Shown in pieces: positions 27,842-39,267 of a stretch of 55,636 nt of DNA (position 1 is the first letter of the stretch; the number at the start of each line of letters is the position of its first letter). A program made the position numbers and the translations under genes. The DNA lies in contig JBBQVO010000002.1 of assembly GCA_038211505.1 (NCBI GenBank), positions 1 to 55,636 on the forward strand, given 5' to 3'. The stretch comes from Dehalococcoidia bacterium (GTDB taxonomy: Bacteria; Chloroflexota; Dehalococcoidia; DSTF01; JACRBR01). The notes under the pieces are model-generated. The model saw only the letters and a program-made list of their open reading frames with translations, searched no databases and was not told the DNA's origin.

Positions 27842-28599
27842 GTGAAATTCACACTCGCGCCGGCCGTCGTCATCTCACTTCTGGTGCTCGCTGAGGGTGC
27901 TCATGCTCAAACGCCGCCCGCCACGGAGGCGGCGCCGCCCACGGTGACTGCAACAGCCCCGATAGCCACAGCGACGGCGGCGGTAGCCACGGCGACGGCG
28001 GCGGTAGCCACGATTCCCGCGTCGGCCACCGCCGTTCCGATCACGGCGACAACGAAGATCTCAGGCGCGCTCGCGCAGGACACCGACGGCGACGGCAAGG
28101 CGTCGTCGGCCGACACGGCGGCCGTGACCCTCGTTGAGCTCGTCTCTCAGACACGTGGCGTGTTCAGCGTGCTCTCCGCCGGCGATGGCAGCTTCGTGTT
28201 CGACGAGGTGCCGAACGGCGATTACCAGCTCGAGCTGTGGTGGTCGCCCGGATTCGTCGACACCACAGCCTCGGCTGAAAACGCAGGGCTGGCCACGATT
28301 GACTTCGTAGTGAATGCCGACGGCTCGACGAAGAACGCGCCGCAGAAATCATTCTTGCTGAAGGTGAAGCCTGACGGGCTGATCCCGTACCCGGTTCGAA
28401 GCGGGCCAGGAGGCGAACCCGCCCGCGGACGCCTGAACGTGAGCACCGGAGCCCGGGTAGCCGCGGCTGCACTCCCGGCGACCGGTACGGCGGGCGGCAC
28501 AAACGCGCCGTTCGTCTTCACCATCGTCGGCGCAGCGCTATTGGTCGTGGCAGCCGTATGCGGCGTCGCGTTGTCGCGCCGCAAGCGAGCGCCGGCGGC

Positions 28600-28603
<4 letters not shown>
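27842..28603 (+). CDS. Cell-surface protein with SdrD-B/CnaB-like domain and LPXTG sortase signal
   Basis: AGGAGG RBS, signal peptide AHA-Q, Ala/Thr linker, DTDGDG...GDGSFVFDEVPNGDYQL, LPATG + TM + RRKR. Confidence 0.82.
27963..28012 (+). repeat. 21-bp intragenic tandem repeat (~2.4 copies)
   Basis: TAGCCAC(A/G)GCGACGGCGGCGG x2 + TAGCCACG, encoding ATATAAV. Confidence 0.85.
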
Positions 28604-29975
<1,372 letters not shown>

Positions 29976-29979
<4 letters not shown>

Positions 29980-30722
29980 CTGCCCACAACTTCCGGGCTC
30001 GGAAGCGCGTCATCGCGCCGAACGTGATGATGCAACGGCTCGCCGTCGTCGGGCATCGACAGGTCGGCCGACGCGCCGAGCGCTTCGAGCTTATCCTGCA
30101 ACGTACGCATCCGGCGATCCATGCGTTCGATGTGGCGCTCCAGCGCGTCGATGCGATCCCATTCCGGATCCGGCAACTTCATGATCGTGTCGCTGCCAGG
30201 ATCGTAGAACGCGACCACGTGCCCGGGCACACCGACGACGGTGGCGTTCTCCGGCACATTCGTCACGACGACGGAGCCGGCGCCGATGCGCGCGTTCGCC
30301 CCAATCTCAACGGCGCCGATCAGCTTCGCGCCGGCGCCGACGGTTACACCGTCACCCAGCGTCGGATGCCGTTTCGTGCGATGCATGCTCGTGCCGCCCA
30401 GCGTCACGCCCTGGAGGATGTTGCAGTCGTCGCCGATCTCGGCCGTCTCGCCGATCACGACGCCCATGCCGTGATCGATGAACAGCCCCTCGCCGATCGT
30501 CGCGCCGGGGTGAATCTCGATGCCCGTCGCGAAGCGGCTGAAGTTCGAGATGACGCGCGGCAGCACCGGCACCTTGCGCTGATGCAGCGCGTGTGCGATG
30601 CGGTGCAGTTCGCGCGCGTGAAAGCCGGGATAGGCCAGCACGACTTCGGCCGCGCTGCGGGCAGCGGGATCGCGCTCGAGGATGGCGTCGATGTCGCGTT
30701 TGATTGCGTTGAGTACGGACAT
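29976..30722 (-). CDS. cysE: Serine O-acetyltransferase
   Basis: RDPAARS, TGIEIHPGA, FIDHGMGVVIGET, KRHPTLG hexapeptide region. Confidence 0.95.
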
Positions 30723-30791
30723 TGGGATGCTTTCGTCGGACGCCTGTCCGCGCCGTTTCGGCCACTTGTACGTCGGGTTGTCGGCGGGAAT

Positions 30792-30821
30792 CGGGGCGCG
30801 CTCGATACGAGGCACCCCTAC
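30792..30821 (-). repeat. GTAG-type REP hairpin, family C, in the cysE leader
   Basis: Minus strand GTAGGGGTGCCTCGTATCGAGCGCGCCCC. Confidence 0.6.
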
Positions 30822-30950
30822 GGACAAGCGCAGAGGGCTCCGGTCACGCGAAATACGTCGAAACTGCAAGCGGGAAAGAAGCGGAATGCCAACTATTGCT
30901 CCCGATCCGAACCTGTGCCGGACGAACTGAATCAGCAGATTCGCCGCCGT

Positions 30951-31418
30951 TCACTCTAGCAGCACGACGGCGAACGCGGCAATTCCCTCGTTTCGGCCGG
31001 CAAAGCCGAGATAGTCCGTCGTTGTCGCCTTGACGGACACCTTCGTCGCGTCGAGCTTCAGCGCGCTGGCGATCGCGTGGCGCATGCCCGGCACATGCGG
31101 CGCCATCCGCGGCTCCTGCGCGACGATCGTCGTGTCGACGTTCGAGATCGTGAGTCCATACGTGCTGACGTGGTCGTACGTCTCGCGAAGCATCGCGACG
31201 CTGCTCGCGTCCTTCCAGCGCCCGTCCGTCGACGGGAACATCGCGCCGATATCGCCGAGCCCCGCCGCCCCCAGCAGCGCATCGATCACGGCATGCAACA
31301 GCGCGTCGCCATCAGAGTGCCCGTCGAGCCCGCGCGGATGCGGAATCTCGATGCCGCCGAGCATCAGCCGCCGGCCGTCCGCGAACGCATGGACATCGAT
31401 CCCCTGCCCGATCCTCAT
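30951..31418 (-). CDS. ispF: 2-C-methyl-D-erythritol 2,4-cyclodiphosphate synthase
   Basis: RIGQGIDVH, GHSDGD, GDIG, VSVKATT. Confidence 0.97.
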   Translation of the reverse strand: MRIGQGIDVHAFADGRRLMLGGIEIPHPRGLDGHSDGDALLHAVIDALLGAAGLGDIGAMFPSTDGRWKDASSVAMLRETYDHVSTYGLTISNVDTTIVAQEPRMAPHVPGMRHAIASALKLDATKVSVKATTTDYLGFAGRNEGIAAFAVVLLE

Positions 31419-31450
31419 GCGCAGAGCATAACGCTCGCCCTGGCGTTATC

Positions 31451-31477
31451 CACAGAGGGACACAGAGATCACAGAGG
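31451..31477. repeat. CACAGAG nonamer triad
   Basis: CACAGAGGG-ACACAGAGA-TCACAGAGG; inverse relative CTCTGTGCT-CTCTGTGTC near 14145-14165. Confidence 0.65.
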
Positions 31478-31506
31478 AGGGAGGCTTCAGAGCGCACTGA
31501 ACGTTG

Positions 31507-32427
31507 TCAACGAAAGTGCTTCTCCAACTCGGAGGCGTAGCGTCGCCCAACGCTGTGAGAGTGCGAATGCAGCCAGTCGCTGAGTTTTTTGGTCCCGGAG
31601 GCGGCGGAGCCAGTCACGAGCAGATTGGATGTGAGGCCCGCCACCTCATCCGGCGTCAGCACGACGTCGCGGACGACAACGCCGATCAGCCGCGACAGCG
31701 CCAGCGCGATCGGCGCCGGCAGGTGAACGATGCGCGCGCGGCTCCCGACGGCGCGCGCGATCAGGCGCACGAGATCGTCGAACGAATACGTTTCGGGCCC
31801 GACGGCGTCGATGATCACGTTCTCGGTGCGCTTCGCCTGCGCGACAGCAAGTGCCGCCATATCGTCGACGAACATCGGCTGCAGGCGGTAGGCGCCGTCG
31901 CCCGGCACCGCGAACAGCGGGAATCGGCGCGCGATCCAGGCGATGTTGTTAATCAGCACATCCTCGTCGCCGAACAGCACCGTCGGCCGCAGGATCGCGT
32001 ACGACAGCCGCGACTTCTTGATCATCGCCTCGACCTGCGCCTTGCCCCGATAGTACGGCAGCGTCGAGTCGATCGACGGGTTCGCGATGCTGACGTGGAC
32101 GATACGTCGCACGCCTGCCGCCTCCGCGGCACGCACCAGCGCTTCCGTGTTCGCGATCGCCCGCTCGAACGTGTTCTCGCCGTGCGAGAACCGCACCCAG
32201 TAGGTGTTGTACAGCGTCGTAGCGCCGCGCAGGCTCTCCGCCAGCGCGGACGGATCATCGAACGCGTACCGCGCGACTTCCACCTGGCCGGCTTCGAACG
32301 GACTCGGCCGTTCCGGATGCCCCGTGAGCGTCCGCACGCGCACGCCATCAGCGAGCAGCCGCGAAGTGATGTACTTCCCGGTGTAGCTGAACGCACCCGT
32401 CACGACGTGCAGTTCCGGCTCGACCAT
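31507..32427 (-). CDS. NAD(P)-binding extended SDR / epimerase (NDUFA9-like)
   Basis: VTGAFSYTG, YYRGK, ILRPTVLFG, LQPMFVDD. Confidence 0.85.
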   Translation of the reverse strand: MVEPELHVVTGAFSYTGKYITSRLLADGVRVRTLTGHPERPSPFEAGQVEVARYAFDDPSALAESLRGATTLYNTYWVRFSHGENTFERAIANTEALVRAAEAAGVRRIVHVSIANPSIDSTLPYYRGKAQVEAMIKKSRLSYAILRPTVLFGDEDVLINNIAWIARRFPLFAVPGDGAYRLQPMFVDDMAALAVAQAKRTENVIIDAVGPETYSFDDLVRLIARAVGSRARIVHLPAPIALALSRLIGVVVRDVVLTPDEVAGLTSNLLVTGSAASGTKKLSDWLHSHSHSVGRRYASELEKHFR

Positions 32428-32621
32428 CACACTCTCTCCCGCGCTCACCCAAATCTACGAGATGCAGCACTGAACCGATCATCGAAAACGCCGGCCCGCG
32501 ACGGACGCAACGTCCGTTCGAGAAACTCGTCGGCGTCGTGCGGACGTGCCAGCCCCCCCCACCTTCTGTGAAATGGGTGAAATCTGTGGTTCCATCGAGT
32601 CCGCTATGATGTTCGCGCGTC

Positions 32622-33740
32622 ATGGAAGACTTTGAAGCGTACGGGCAGCTTCGTGACCGCCCGATCCCCATTGGCACCGTCGGAGCTGGCGCGGCCGCCG
32701 CGCCGCCGCAGGCCCTCGCGCCGCCGATTCGTCGTAAACGCTCGCACTGGCTCCGCAACACGATCCTGCTGATCGTCGGCTACTTCGTGCTCGCCGCCGC
32801 CACGACGGTGCAGCCGCTGCCCCTGCCGCTGACGTCGTTGAAGATCTCGGCGCCCTTCCCGGGCGGCGCGCCACTGCTGTTCGGGCTGCCGAACCGCCCC
32901 TTCACCGTGCTCGTCATCGGCCTCGACCGCCGGCCGGCGGAGACCGGCGCCAGCCGCACGGACACGCTGCTGCTGCTCCGCATCGATCCGGGCGACCACA
33001 CGGCCGCGTTCCTCAGCATTCCGCGCGACTCGTTGATGCAGATCCCGCTTGCCGACGGCAGCTTCAGCCAGGATCGCATCAATACGGCGTTCGTCTACAA
33101 CTACTCGTCGAAGGACAGCAGCGCCGCGCCGAAGGCGACGATGACGACGATCGAGCACAATCTCGGCATCCACGTCGATCACTACGTGATCTTCGACCAG
33201 CGCAGCGCCGAGGGACTGATCCAGGCGATGGGCGGCGTGACGATCGATAACCCCGTCGCCTTCGGACAGGCCGATTACTCCGACGACGACGTCCACGTCA
33301 TCCCGCAGCAGTTCGCCGCCGGCAAGATCAAGCTCGATGGCTATCAGGCCGTCGCCTACGGCCGCATCCGCGAAGGATCGACGGACTTCGATCGCATTCT
33401 GCGCCAGCAGCGCGTCGGCTCGGCGCTGATTCACAACGCGTCGTCGCCGCTATCGATCTTCCACCTGCCGTCGATCTACAGCGCGTACAACAAGACGATC
33501 GATACCGACATGAGCGCGCGGCAATCGGGAGGTGTGCTGTCGATGCTGAAGCGCGTCGACGACGGCGATTTGAAGACGAAGTCGCTTGGCGATGCCGCCG
33601 TCTCGTGTCAGACGTGCACTGCATCGATCCAGCTGCTCGACCCCGCGAAGGTGCAGCAGATCATCGACGACGCCTTCGGCGACAAAACCGCAGGCGCGCG
33701 CGCAGCCGAACTGCTCGTCGCCGCAGGAGTTACCCCGTGA
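32622..33740 (+). CDS. LytR-CpsA-Psr (LCP) family glycopolymer transferase
   Basis: N-terminal TM, LVIGLD, SRTDT, LSIPRD, RINTA, YGRIR, DFDRILRQQ. Confidence 0.92.
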   Translation: MEDFEAYGQLRDRPIPIGTVGAGAAAAPPQALAPPIRRKRSHWLRNTILLIVGYFVLAAATTVQPLPLPLTSLKISAPFPGGAPLLFGLPNRPFTVLVIGLDRRPAETGASRTDTLLLLRIDPGDHTAAFLSIPRDSLMQIPLADGSFSQDRINTAFVYNYSSKDSSAAPKATMTTIEHNLGIHVDHYVIFDQRSAEGLIQAMGGVTIDNPVAFGQADYSDDDVHVIPQQFAAGKIKLDGYQAVAYGRIREGSTDFDRILRQQRVGSALIHNASSPLSIFHLPSIYSAYNKTIDTDMSARQSGGVLSMLKRVDDGDLKTKSLGDAAVSCQTCTASIQLLDPAKVQQIIDDAFGDKTAGARAAELLVAAGVTP

Positions 33741-34180
33741 ACGAAAACGAATCTGATGGCGCTGTCACGTCGGGCATCGCCGCCGACTTTCTGATCCTCG
33801 CCGACTCGGCGCAGGTGCAGGGGGAGAAGCTATTTATGCTGGGCGGTGGCTGGTCGATGATCTGGGCCAAGGAGTTTCCGGCGCAGCATCAGATGGCCGT
33901 CGCGGCGGGCATCCTCATCCCGTGGCTCGAGACGAACGCGCGCCATCAATTCAAGATTCAGGTGCGCGCTGAGGACGGCACGGCATTCGGCGACATCTCC
34001 GGCGAGTTCGAGCAGGGACGGCCGCCCGGCTTGCTCGCGGGAACGACGCAGCGCGTGATGGTGGCGATCAACCTCGGCATCCGCATCGAGCGGCCGTGTG
34101 AGGCGGTGGCGGAGCTGACGCTCGACGGCGCCGTCGCGAAGATCGTGCCCTTCCGCATCGTGCAATCGCCACCGCGCTAG
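33737..34180 (+). CDS. Small beta-sandwich hypothetical protein (DUF6941-like)
   Basis: DFLILADSAQVQGEKLFMLGGGW; GTGA overlap with the LCP stop. Confidence 0.7.
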   Translation: MNENESDGAVTSGIAADFLILADSAQVQGEKLFMLGGGWSMIWAKEFPAQHQMAVAAGILIPWLETNARHQFKIQVRAEDGTAFGDISGEFEQGRPPGLLAGTTQRVMVAINLGIRIERPCEAVAELTLDGAVAKIVPFRIVQSPPR

Positions 34181-34241
34181 CTGTCGACACTACGCCTGTT
34201 GCGCCACGGGGTCAGGGCTGCGCGGCACCGCGCGACGAGGG

Positions 34242-34970
34242 CTATGTGCGAATTTTCTGCGTTTGCGCGACGAACGCATCGAACAGCCGGCGCATCTGCG
34301 GGTGAAATGCGGCAACATGATCTTCGACGCGCTCCGGATGCCACTGGACGCTGACGACCCAGCGGTGCTGGAGGCTCTCGGCGCCTTCGACGAGATCGGC
34401 GCCGTGATCGTCGGCGAACGCGACGGCGCGCAACCCCGACCCGAGATCGCCGGTCGCGACCGCCTGATGATGCCGTGAATTGATCTCGATGTGCGTCTCG
34501 CCGAGCGCAGCCGCTAGCCGGCTATCGTCGACGATCCGGACGTCGTGCCAGCGCGACGGATAGCCTTCAGTGCGGAAGTCGGCGCGATGCTCACCGCTGT
34601 CGATGTGCTGCAGCAACGTGCCGCCGAATCCGACGTTCATCAGCTGATGTCCGCGGCAGATCGCCAGCACGGGGATGTCGCGGGCGAGGGCGGCGTCCAG
34701 GTAGGCCAGCTCCATGGCGTCGCGCTCTGGCGACGTCTCCTTCACCTTCGTGTGACGCTCGGCGGCGTATCGCCCGGGATCGACGTCGATGCCGCCAGTC
34801 AGCACGAGCGCGTCGAGTGACGGCGCGAGATCGGCCACGCGACTGGCAGCCGATTCGTCGAGATCGATGACATCGCCGCCGGCGTCGCGGACGCGCGACC
34901 AGTAGCGATCGATGACCTCCGGCGGCACGTCGGCCCAGCGCGTCACGCCGATACGCGGTCGTTCATTCAC
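34242..34970 (-). CDS. Class I glutamine amidotransferase, peptidase C26 / PuuD-like
   Basis: LTGGIDVDP, LAICRG, NSRHHQA, VQWHPE. Confidence 0.92.
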   Translation of the reverse strand: MNERPRIGVTRWADVPPEVIDRYWSRVRDAGGDVIDLDESAASRVADLAPSLDALVLTGGIDVDPGRYAAERHTKVKETSPERDAMELAYLDAALARDIPVLAICRGHQLMNVGFGGTLLQHIDSGEHRADFRTEGYPSRWHDVRIVDDSRLAAALGETHIEINSRHHQAVATGDLGSGLRAVAFADDHGADLVEGAESLQHRWVVSVQWHPERVEDHVAAFHPQMRRLFDAFVAQTQKIRT

Positions 34971-35015
34971 GTCGAAAGCCTAGCGCGATGCGTCTGTGCG
35001 GTCGAGCGCGGACGC

Positions 35016-35045
35016 GAAATGGGGCGGCCCATGCGGCCGCCCCAT
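35016..35045 (-). terminator. Intrinsic terminator-like hairpin after the TPR gene
   Basis: ATGGGGCGGCC/GGCCGCCCCAT stem with a short T run on the minus strand. Confidence 0.6.
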
Positions 35046-35069
35046 CGTCATTCGGTTCGTGGACGTGGC

Positions 35070-35903
35070 TTACTCTTCGAATTCGGGCTCGTCTCGATCT
35101 TCCGCCTGTGCCACTTCGAAGAGGCTCTGCTCGCGCGGCTCCGCTTCAGTGTCGGCTTCGCCGTCCGTGTCCTCCCAGTCATCGGTGTCATCGGCCGCGT
35201 CATCGTCGTCGTCGCCATCGTTGCGGACGAGGCTCTCGCGCGTGTAGGCGCGTACGACGTCGCCGGCCTTGCCGGCCGGGAACGAGAGACGGCCGACCTG
35301 CGTCGGGTGCTGGAACGTCTCCTTGATGATGACGCGCACCGACTCCGAGTCGATGCCGGCGACGGCGGCCGCGTACTTGTTGCCGCCTTCCATCAACCGC
35401 GACAGCCGCAGCGCGAGCTTCGGCTCGATATCGCTGATGTGCTCGCCGGCCATCGTCTCGATCGAGATGCGCGTGCCGTTCGCCTTCACGGCCACTTCGT
35501 CACCGGCCGATAGCGTCGCGAGCGACTTGATGTTCTGCGGCCGCAGCTTCGTGACGCCGGTCTTACCCATCTCTTCGATGAAGAGGCTCGTATCGACCTG
35601 CTGCGCGCGATCGGGCTCGGTCTTCGCGCGCGCGCTCGCCAGGCGCTCGAGGTTCTTGCGCGCGATGTTGTTCGTCGGCTCCAGGTCGAGCGTCTTCTGG
35701 TACGCCTCGCGCGCTTCCTTGATCTTGCCGGTCTCACTGAGCGCCTTGCCAAGGCGATTGTACGCGTCCGCCTCGTTGGGGAACGTCGCGATGATCGCTC
35801 TGTTGGCGGTCACAGCGTCGTCCCACCGGCTCTGCATCGCGAACTGGATCGCCTGCTCGCTCCGCACTTTCTTGATCCGTGCTTTGTCTTCCGTCTGGTT
35901 CAT
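35070..35903 (-). CDS. TPR protein with C-terminal beta domain and acidic tail
   Basis: DAYNRLGKAL...AREAYQKTLDLEPTNNIA TPR, FIEEMGKT, Asp/Glu-rich end; AGAGGA RBS. Confidence 0.82.
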   Translation of the reverse strand: MNQTEDKARIKKVRSEQAIQFAMQSRWDDAVTANRAIIATFPNEADAYNRLGKALSETGKIKEAREAYQKTLDLEPTNNIARKNLERLASARAKTEPDRAQQVDTSLFIEEMGKTGVTKLRPQNIKSLATLSAGDEVAVKANGTRISIETMAGEHISDIEPKLALRLSRLMEGGNKYAAAVAGIDSESVRVIIKETFQHPTQVGRLSFPAGKAGDVVRAYTRESLVRNDGDDDDDAADDTDDWEDTDGEADTEAEPREQSLFEVAQAEDRDEPEFEE

Positions 35904-35937
35904 GTGTCCTCTGAAATCCTTGGCTGAATGTCGCGTG

Positions 35938-35966
35938 ATTGTAGAAGGTGCCAGATCGCAAGACAA
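35938..35966 (-). promoter_or_regulatory. Sigma70-type promoter of the TPR gene
   Basis: Minus strand TTGTCT-N17-TACAAT. Confidence 0.6.
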
Positions 35967-36094
35967 GACCGATCGGGTGCCTGTAATATCGACGCTGCAA
36001 GTTCCTTCAACAGCTTCACGCCTACGTAACATTACGCATGCCGGTCGGCGGAAGTTCCTCGATCAGCGCCGCGTAACCCCGTATATTCGTCGTT

Positions 36095-36772
36095 ATGACT
36101 ACGCCTGACCCCGTCAATGAGATCATCGTCCATGGCATCGTCGTCGGCGCCTTCCAGGAAAACTGCTGGGTAATCGGCAACCGCCGTACCGGCGAGGCGA
36201 TCTGCGTCGACCCGGGCGACCAGCCCGACGAGGTCCTGGCGATGGCCCGCGACATGGGCGTGACCATCAAATACATCGCCAACTCCCACGCGCATATCGA
36301 CCACATCCTCGGCGTCGGCGCGATCAAGGAGGCGACTGGCGCACAGTTTCTCCTGCACGAGAGCGATCTGGAACTGGCGCGCGGCACTGTGCGATCGGCG
36401 AAGGGGCTGCTGGGTATCGACGTCCTTCCGCCGCCGGATCCGGATGCGTTTCTCGCCGACGGCGATGCGATCGACGTCGACGGCCTGAAGCTGACGGTGC
36501 TGCACACGCCCGGCCACACGCGGGGCAGCGTTTGCTTCTACGCGAACGGTGTGCTGTTCGCCGGCGATACGCTGTTTCAGGGCTCCGTCGGCCGCACCGA
36601 CCTGCCCGGCGGCGACGAACGCGAGGAGCTCGGTAGCATCGTCGATCGTCTCCTCGTGCTGCCCGATGAGACGATCGTCCTCCCCGGCCATATGGGCCAG
36701 ACGACGATCGGCGACGAGCGCCAGCGCAACCCGTACGTGCGCATGGAGATCGCGCGGAGGGCGAGCGAGTGA
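36095..36772 (+). CDS. MBL-fold metallo-hydrolase (glyoxalase II-like)
   Basis: SHAHIDH, HTPGH, FAGDTLF, GRTDLPGG, PGH. Confidence 0.92.
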   Translation: MTTPDPVNEIIVHGIVVGAFQENCWVIGNRRTGEAICVDPGDQPDEVLAMARDMGVTIKYIANSHAHIDHILGVGAIKEATGAQFLLHESDLELARGTVRSAKGLLGIDVLPPPDPDAFLADGDAIDVDGLKLTVLHTPGHTRGSVCFYANGVLFAGDTLFQGSVGRTDLPGGDEREELGSIVDRLLVLPDETIVLPGHMGQTTIGDERQRNPYVRMEIARRASE

Positions 36773-36824
36773 TCGCCTCCGTCGTCGGACAGGCAGCGAG
36801 CCGCAACACGCGGATCTCAACGCG

Positions 36825-37664
36825 ATGAGCGCCTCCGGACACGCCGATGCGAATTCGCGCGCGACGAGACGCCTCGGACTCGACTGGGTGTTCGGCGCAC
36901 CCGCCCTGCTGTTCGTCGCCTTTCTCGCGATCCCGCTCTGGGCGCTAGCATGGCGCGGCATCAGCAGCGGCGAGCTCGCCGACAACGTCACATCGTCGCT
37001 CGTGCTCGACTCGCTGCGGTTAAGCGCGATCACGAGCACGGTGACGCTCGCCGTAGCAGTAATGGTCGGCACGCCGCTGGCGTATCTGCTGGCGCGGCGG
37101 TCGTTCCCGGGAAAGTTCGCCGTCGATCTGCTGCTCGATCTGCCGATCGTGCTGCCGCCGACGGTCGCCGGTGTCGCGCTGCTCGTTGCGCTCGGCCGCC
37201 GCGGCGCGGTCGGCGCGCGCTTCGACGCCGCCGGATACGACATCGCCTTCACAACGACGGCCGTCGTGCTCGCGCAGCTGTTCGTTTCGGCGCCGTTCTA
37301 CATCCGCACCGCGAAGGCCGGGTTCGAGAGCGTCGAGCCGGTGTACGAAGGTGTCGCGTCAACGCTTGGCGCGTCGCCATTGCGGACGTTCTTTCGGGTG
37401 ACGCTGCCGCTCGCCTGGCCGTCGCTGGTCGCCGGCGCCATCCTCTGCTGGGCGCGCGCGCTTAGTGAGCTCGGCGCGACGCTGATCTTCGCCGGCAACC
37501 TGCAGGGCCGCACGCAGACGATGCCGCTGGCGATTATCAGCGCCTTCGAGTCGGGCCAATCGATCGACGTGCCGATCGCGCTGTCGTTGATTCTCGTCGC
37601 CGCGGCGTCGATTCTGCTGCTGTTGCTGCGCGTCGTCGCCAACAACGCGCCGGCTCGGATGTAG
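36825..37664 (+). CDS. modB: Molybdate ABC transporter permease
   Basis: DLPIVLPPTVAGVALL, QLFVSAPF, WARALSELGAT, GRTQTMPLAI. Confidence 0.88.
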   Translation: MSASGHADANSRATRRLGLDWVFGAPALLFVAFLAIPLWALAWRGISSGELADNVTSSLVLDSLRLSAITSTVTLAVAVMVGTPLAYLLARRSFPGKFAVDLLLDLPIVLPPTVAGVALLVALGRRGAVGARFDAAGYDIAFTTTAVVLAQLFVSAPFYIRTAKAGFESVEPVYEGVASTLGASPLRTFFRVTLPLAWPSLVAGAILCWARALSELGATLIFAGNLQGRTQTMPLAIISAFESGQSIDVPIALSLILVAAASILLLLLRVVANNAPARM

Positions 37665-37667
37665 CCG

Positions 37668-38771
37668 ATGTTCTCGATCGACATCCGCAAGCGCATCGGC
37701 GACTTCGATCTCGCGCCCCAATTCGAGGCGGCGAGCGAGCTTGTCGTGTTGTTCGGGCCGTCCGGCTGCGGCAAGTCGCTGACGTTGCAGGCGGTCGCCG
37801 GACTCCTTACGCCGGACAGCGGCCGCATCGCAATTCCGGGCGGCGCCGTCGCCTTCGATTCGACGACCCGCGCCAATCTGCCGCCGCAGGCGCGCAACGT
37901 CGGCTACGTCGTGCAGGAGCTGGCGCTCTTTCCGCACATGACGGTGCGCCAGAATATCGAGTTCGGGATCGCGTCCTGGCCGAAGGATCGCCGGAGTGTG
38001 CGGGTTCGGCAGCTCGTCGCTCTGCTGAACCTCGAAGGGCTTGAGGACCGCCGGCCTCGCCAGATGTCTGGCGGACAGCAGCAGCGCGTCGCGCTCGCAA
38101 GAGCGCTCGCCGCCGAGCCGTCGCTGCTGCTGCTCGATGAGCCGTTCTCGGCGTTGGAAGCGCCGTTGCGAGCGACGCTACGGCGTGAGGTCGCGGCCCT
38201 GCGGCGCCGTCTCAACCTGACCGCGCTCTTCGTCACGCACGACATCGGCGAGGCGTACGCGCTCGCCGATCGCCTCGTCGTCTACGACGCCGGGCGCGTG
38301 CTGCAGCACGGACCGCCGCGCGATGTCTTTCGCAAGCCGTCGTCGCATCGCGTCGCGGAGCTGCTCGAGACGCGCAACGTCATTCCCGGCATGATCGTTG
38401 CCTACGCCGAAGGAGTCGTGGTGGTGCAAACGCCCTGGTTCACCGCCCGCGTCCGCGATCCCGAGGCGCCGGTGCGCGGTGATGTCTACGTCTGCATTCG
38501 GCCCGAGCACATCATCATCCTGCGGGACGGTCGCGACGCGCACGGCGGTGACGATGTCGTGCTCGACGCGACGATCGTCGAAGACGTCTCGATGGGGAAC
38601 ACGCATCGGCTCTACATGCGCGCTGACGGCATCGGCGGCGAGACGAGCACTTCGCACATATTCGAAGTCGATATGCCGGCGCACCCGTACGAGGTGCTCG
38701 GCATCGAAACGAGAGCGGAGTGGCGCATCGCGCTCACGGCGGAGCATCTCTCGCTCGTGCCGCGACCGTGA
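37668..38771 (+). CDS. modC: Molybdate/oxyanion ABC transporter ATP-binding protein
   Basis: GPSGCGKS, MSGGQQQR, LLLDEP, VTHD; TOBE-like tail. Confidence 0.85.
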   Translation: MFSIDIRKRIGDFDLAPQFEAASELVVLFGPSGCGKSLTLQAVAGLLTPDSGRIAIPGGAVAFDSTTRANLPPQARNVGYVVQELALFPHMTVRQNIEFGIASWPKDRRSVRVRQLVALLNLEGLEDRRPRQMSGGQQQRVALARALAAEPSLLLLDEPFSALEAPLRATLRREVAALRRRLNLTALFVTHDIGEAYALADRLVVYDAGRVLQHGPPRDVFRKPSSHRVAELLETRNVIPGMIVAYAEGVVVVQTPWFTARVRDPEAPVRGDVYVCIRPEHIIILRDGRDAHGGDDVVLDATIVEDVSMGNTHRLYMRADGIGGETSTSHIFEVDMPAHPYEVLGIETRAEWRIALTAEHLSLVPRP

Positions 38772-38787
38772 CGCGCGTCGCTCACGA

Positions 38788-39177
38788 TCACTCGTCCGAC
38801 ATCCAGTCATCGTCGTCGACTTCGATGAGCGTGCCTTCGACCTCCGCCTTGAGATTCGACAGCCCTTCGACGAGCGCGATCTCGTACCCCTGATCACGCA
38901 TGCCGAACGTCATGATCCGAAATAGCGCGTAACGGAATCCGAACGGCACCAGTGTCGCCGCAACTTCCGTGAAGCCGTCCTTCGGCTCGATGGCATACGT
39001 CAGGTAGCACGGGATGTCGCCGATCGTCACCCGCAGTTCCATCAGTTTGTTCGGTTCGGTGCGGAGCACTTCGAATGTGTCGCCGACGTTCTCGGCCGCG
39101 CCCCGCAGATCGCGTTCGAGTGCGGCGTAGATCTCCTCGGGCGATCCGTTGATGGCGAATGCTTTTTCGATGGCCAC
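38788..39177 (-). CDS. SRPBCC/START-like hypothetical protein
   Basis: IEKAFAINGSPEEIYAAL ... GLSNLKAEVE; GGAG before GTG at 39177. Confidence 0.65.
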   Translation of the reverse strand: MAIEKAFAINGSPEEIYAALERDLRGAAENVGDTFEVLRTEPNKLMELRVTIGDIPCYLTYAIEPKDGFTEVAATLVPFGFRYALFRIMTFGMRDQGYEIALVEGLSNLKAEVEGTLIEVDDDDWMSDE

Positions 39178-39267
39178 GAATGCTCCGTCCGATGACAACT
39201 GGCGATGCGCGCCGCGTACGGACATAATACGTGCGGCCGCCGGCTCCTCGGCGCCGGACTGAGGACT

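Noticed and set aside
30723-30950. Possible T-box riboswitch before cysE-cysS
   Set aside because: No GGTGGNACC T-box consensus or terminator/antiterminator seen.
32553-32560. C8 homopolymer upstream of the LCP gene as a phase-variation tract
   Set aside because: Short, intergenic, next to a repeat remnant and not clearly inside a promoter spacer.
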